NCBI GenBank assembly: GCA_013265495.1
Contig: MU058645.1
Coordinates: forward strand, 1,220,995-1,270,304
Origin: Vicugna vicugna
Lineage: Eukaryota
DNA: 49,310 nt
Reading direction: 5' to 3'
Shown: in pieces, positions 45,890 to 49,310 of the stretch
Numbering within the stretch: the first letter of the stretch is position 1
Layout of the letters: each line of letters begins with the position of its first letter
The notes under the pieces: generated by a model
Told to the model about the DNA's origin: nothing
Seen by the model: the letters and a program-made list of their open reading frames with translations, nothing else
The model's database searches: none
Translations under genes and position numbers: made by a program

Positions 45890-46456
45890 CTCTCTTCTTC
45901 CTAATATGCCCTCAGATTAACTTTCCTAATCACCTTCTCTCCTGATTAAGAACCAACATTCCCATGTTGGATGATGGATCAAATTCAAGTTCCTGGCCGT
46001 CTGGACCCTCTGCATCTGCTCTTCCTTACGAAGTTAATCTTGAGGTATTTTGCTCCTTCCGAACAAGAGCTTCTGCTCCACTCAGACTAGGATTTCTTTC
46101 AAACCCCAGTGTGGGCAGGTTTCATCCACGTCTTTAAAATTTCCCATAGGAATATGCACCCCCCTCCCTCTGGGTAAGTCCAACCGCACCCTTTTCCAAG
46201 GCTAGTCTGGGATTTGCTCCGTCTGTGAGGTTGCTCCGCAATCATCTGTCCTTCTTTTGAATTCCTGGAATGACTGGTCGGTAAGCTCCACCTCACTTAC
46301 ATATCACTCTAGAACCCTCAGGAAGTGTTTTATGTCACTAGTTTTCCTATATTTTACCGCCTCCTGAAGGACAGGTTCACACCACTTATGTAATAAACCT
46401 TGTTCATTGGCATCAACAAATTGAATGTTTGTAAAAGGGATGAATGAATGAATAAA
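45890..46456 (+). mobile_element. L2 LINE 3' portion
   Basis: Pyrimidine-rich L2-like body that ends in the characteristic (TGAA)n tail 'gatgaatgaatgaataaa'. Confidence 0.6.
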
Positions 46457-49310
46457 TTACTATGTGTGTTTACTGAATCCAGATACAATATAAGCAAATT
46501 CAGTTCCAAATAAATTGTATGTTAAATGTCCATAATTTACCTAATTCACATTCTTTACTTACCATTTACAAACCTGTGGGTTCTTATCCATGGAGATAGA
46601 ATTTACGTGGATTCGGAAAGGCCGAGTATAACTATACACAGGGTCCTCCATCCCTTTTCCAAAATCCTCCTTGATTTACTTGGATTACCCTTAAATTTGA
46701 GAAAAGTTTCTTTTTCCCACAGATTATCCTATTTCATTGAATACCTAAATTTTGTTTAATATCATTCCTTACATAGCTAAATGGTAATTTTCAGTCAGGC
46801 AAATAAATGATTTCAATTAGAAAGGAATTATTGCTGCTTTTAGGAGTGATACAAACCTACTGGAAATAATTTTACTGCTTTTCGACTAATGCCGAAACCT
46901 TTAAAAAATGGGCCAGAATGACAGCTGCTATCATGGTTTTCCATTTCCAAGAAATATTAATGATACAACCCATTTGTTGTTCTAAATTTTTTTTGGCAAT
47001 TGAGGTACAAATATGAAAAAAGAAATCTCTGATTTCTAACAAGTTTTCTCGGCAATGCAGTAAATTATGGGGAGATGTGCTTCTCAAATTATCTTTGTTA
47101 GAACTTTCATCTTTATAATGAACTCAGAACTCAGAAGCCTGCATGTGTCCTCTGGTGATCGCCATCACAACAAAGTCTGGTTACATCGTTTTAGACGAAT
47201 AGCAACACAGACGAAGGAAAAGACCTTCCTGGCCCTGATGGACCCTTTGTTCCCCTGCAGAAAATAATTAAATAGATAAACACACTAATGATGCTTCCAG
47301 TGAAAAAAACACATCAACCATTTCTGCACATCAAATGATTCCTCGATTATCTGTGATTTATCTCAGCTAAACTCTCTACTCTTTGAAAATTCTAAGATGA
47401 ATTATTGGGTACAGAATCTAATAGTTTTCTAAGCCATTAGCTGGAAATTTTATTGAGTGAAAATCTTGCTCATCAAATGAGCTCAATTAATGCAAAAATA
47501 ATATATTTAATGAACAAATCAAAGCAATCTGTTGGGCTGAACTGAGTTAACTGCTGTATAAAAAGCTTCAAGCCTTTTACAACAGTTGCAGTTTAAAATA
47601 ACCCTGCAACATCTTTCAAAGCTCTGACTATCAACTTTTATCACGTCTACACTAGTTAGTTAAATGTGGCAGGAGACCTCCACTTTGCCACCAGCTGTAT
47701 TAATGCAGAGCACAGCCTGCAAATATTCAAGTTCTCCTAACTCCATTTTTACTAGTGTTCTGGGTTTTGCTAAAGTCCAATCAGAAGTTTGGTGGTGTGG
47801 TAAGGAAAGGAGAGTTATCTAAACTGTGGGGACAAAATGAAAATGTGGCCATTTAATCTGCCATAGCAGCAAAATTGGGTTTGCACAAGAATTGAAACTA
47901 AAGCTTGTCGGAAATGCTGACAGGTGAAACATGCTGAGTTTTGATACTTTTGAGTAAAGACTGTTTATTTGCCTGTGTTGCATTTTTATCTCTGAAAATT
48001 CCTCAGTTTAGTGCATACAATCACTTTCCTCTGAACCAGGGTTTGAAGAGTAGGTGAGTCCTGACGAAGCCAACTGGGACCAAACAAGAGCATCCCTGGG
48101 GGCCAAGGCCGTGGGCACATCAATGTTCGTGTTAGGCCAAACAGCCTTGCATCCAGCTCCATGGGCCCCTCAGCCTGCTACTGAATCTCTGGCTGAAGCA
48201 GGTTTAACAACATCTACCTTTAAGGATCGGCACGAAGACAAAATCAGAGAATACAGGTTATGTCTTTACGAATATAACACACTGATAAATTTTGACAGTA
48301 ATGACTGTGGTGTCTGTGATGTCAGTGCCCCAGCCCCCGGGGAGCAGTAGATCATACTGAACTTCCTTTGGGCTAGGACAGGAAGAAGAGCCCACGGGAC
48401 GCCACGGAGGAAGCTTTCTGCTTGTTCATTTATAAAATGGGTTCGTTCTACAGCCCCAGAAAAGGAGCAGAGGTGAACTGCTTTATCTTCAAGTTCTGCA
48501 GGAGAGAGTATAGTCAGCCATCTGGACTCACTGCGAACATGGAGCTGCCCTGCTGGGGACGTCTGTCACCCAGGCGTACTTTGTTGTTTGGTCTAGATGG
48601 GCTCCTTGGATCCTGCCTGCGTCATGGTCAAGGAACTTGGTTGCAGAACTTTATAAGCGAACGATTTATGGAGTAGGCTTACGCTCAGCCCTCGGCTCCC
48701 CTTCTCCCCAGGTGGAGTTCAACGCTGGTGTCTAAAGGATTGGGGAGAGGATCGGTTATCGTCCTTCTGCAAATGGCATGAGTGGCTCTGGCTTCCGCAA
48801 AGTCCTGGCTTTTCTACTTTCAGGAGCACAGTTCACGATTAGCCAGTTCCCTAGATGGCTGGCTGACTGTGTGAGATGCCGTCTCTGTAACCCAACAGGA
48901 AAAAGTGGATTTTGTTTTTGAACGCACACTTGATCCTTGTGTCTCAAATCCCATGAGGTCATAATTACGTAGCATTCCTATGAGACTTCATATTTGCAAA
49001 ATAATATATATTCAGATTTCCTGATTGTGTGTTTTGAGGCAGTAATTGGCACTTAATACATATTAACAACGTGTTGTAGTTCCCAGCTTATATCAAGCAA
49101 GTGGCTGAACTGATGGAGGGAAAGAGAGAAGTCCTTGCCTATTGCCGACTGCAGGTAAGAGCGAGGCGGGAGAGGAGATGACAGACCAGAAGGAAGAGCC
49201 GGAGCGTGTTCTGGCCCATGTCCTGTCCCTGCAGGACGACTACTGAGATGAAGACGTTTAGGAAGCTTGCTCTCCTGCTCCTTCTGTTTTAGTTAAAATC
49301 ACCCCCCCCC

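Larger units (their letters stand above)
36732..49310 (-). other. PACRG: Distal part of the last PACRG intron (continues beyond the window)
   Basis: Lies upstream of the last-exon acceptor. No other PACRG-like peptide appears in the ORF track for this stretch. Confidence 0.85.

Noticed and set aside
36732..49310. Extra cassette exon equivalent to the longer human PACRG isoform
   Set aside because: As I recall, that human exon is Alu-derived and primate-specific. No Alu-like sequence is present in this window.
1..49310. CRISPR arrays, operons, rRNA or other prokaryote/phage-type systems
   Set aside because: The sequence is clearly mammalian. I saw no regularly spaced direct-repeat arrays or rRNA-like segments.

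Overview
This window is mammalian genomic DNA. It is most likely from a camelid (alpaca, llama or camel), judged from a tRNA-Ala-derived Vic-1-type SINE and cetartiodactyl-type L1 3' ends. The only supportable protein-coding sequence is the last coding exon of PACRG (parkin co-regulated gene) on the minus strand: 36571-36731, 161 nt, phase-1 acceptor. Its ~0.3-0.5 kb 3'UTR has two AATAAA signals. Positions 36732-49310 are the distal part of PACRG's last intron. Positions 1 to ~36000 lie downstream of PACRG, which by mammalian synteny is the interval toward QKI. The rest is interspersed repeats (MLT1/MaLR LTRs, L1, L2, MIR, hAT-Charlie, SINE), microsatellites, two CpG-rich promoter-like islands (~19.8-20.65 kb, ~24.1-24.56 kb) and several transcription-factor motif clusters. 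I found no convincing new gene system. The best leads are: a possible plus-strand antisense unit overlapping the PACRG 3' end; a competing upstream acceptor with a branch-point/QKI-type ACTAAC before the last exon; three adjacent amino-acid changes in the conserved C-terminus; a G4/MAZ-like element after the distal poly(A) site; candidate QKI enhancers; and a composite L1 with a possible 3' transduction. Repeat subfamily names and comparisons with human and mouse come from memory and need database confirmation.
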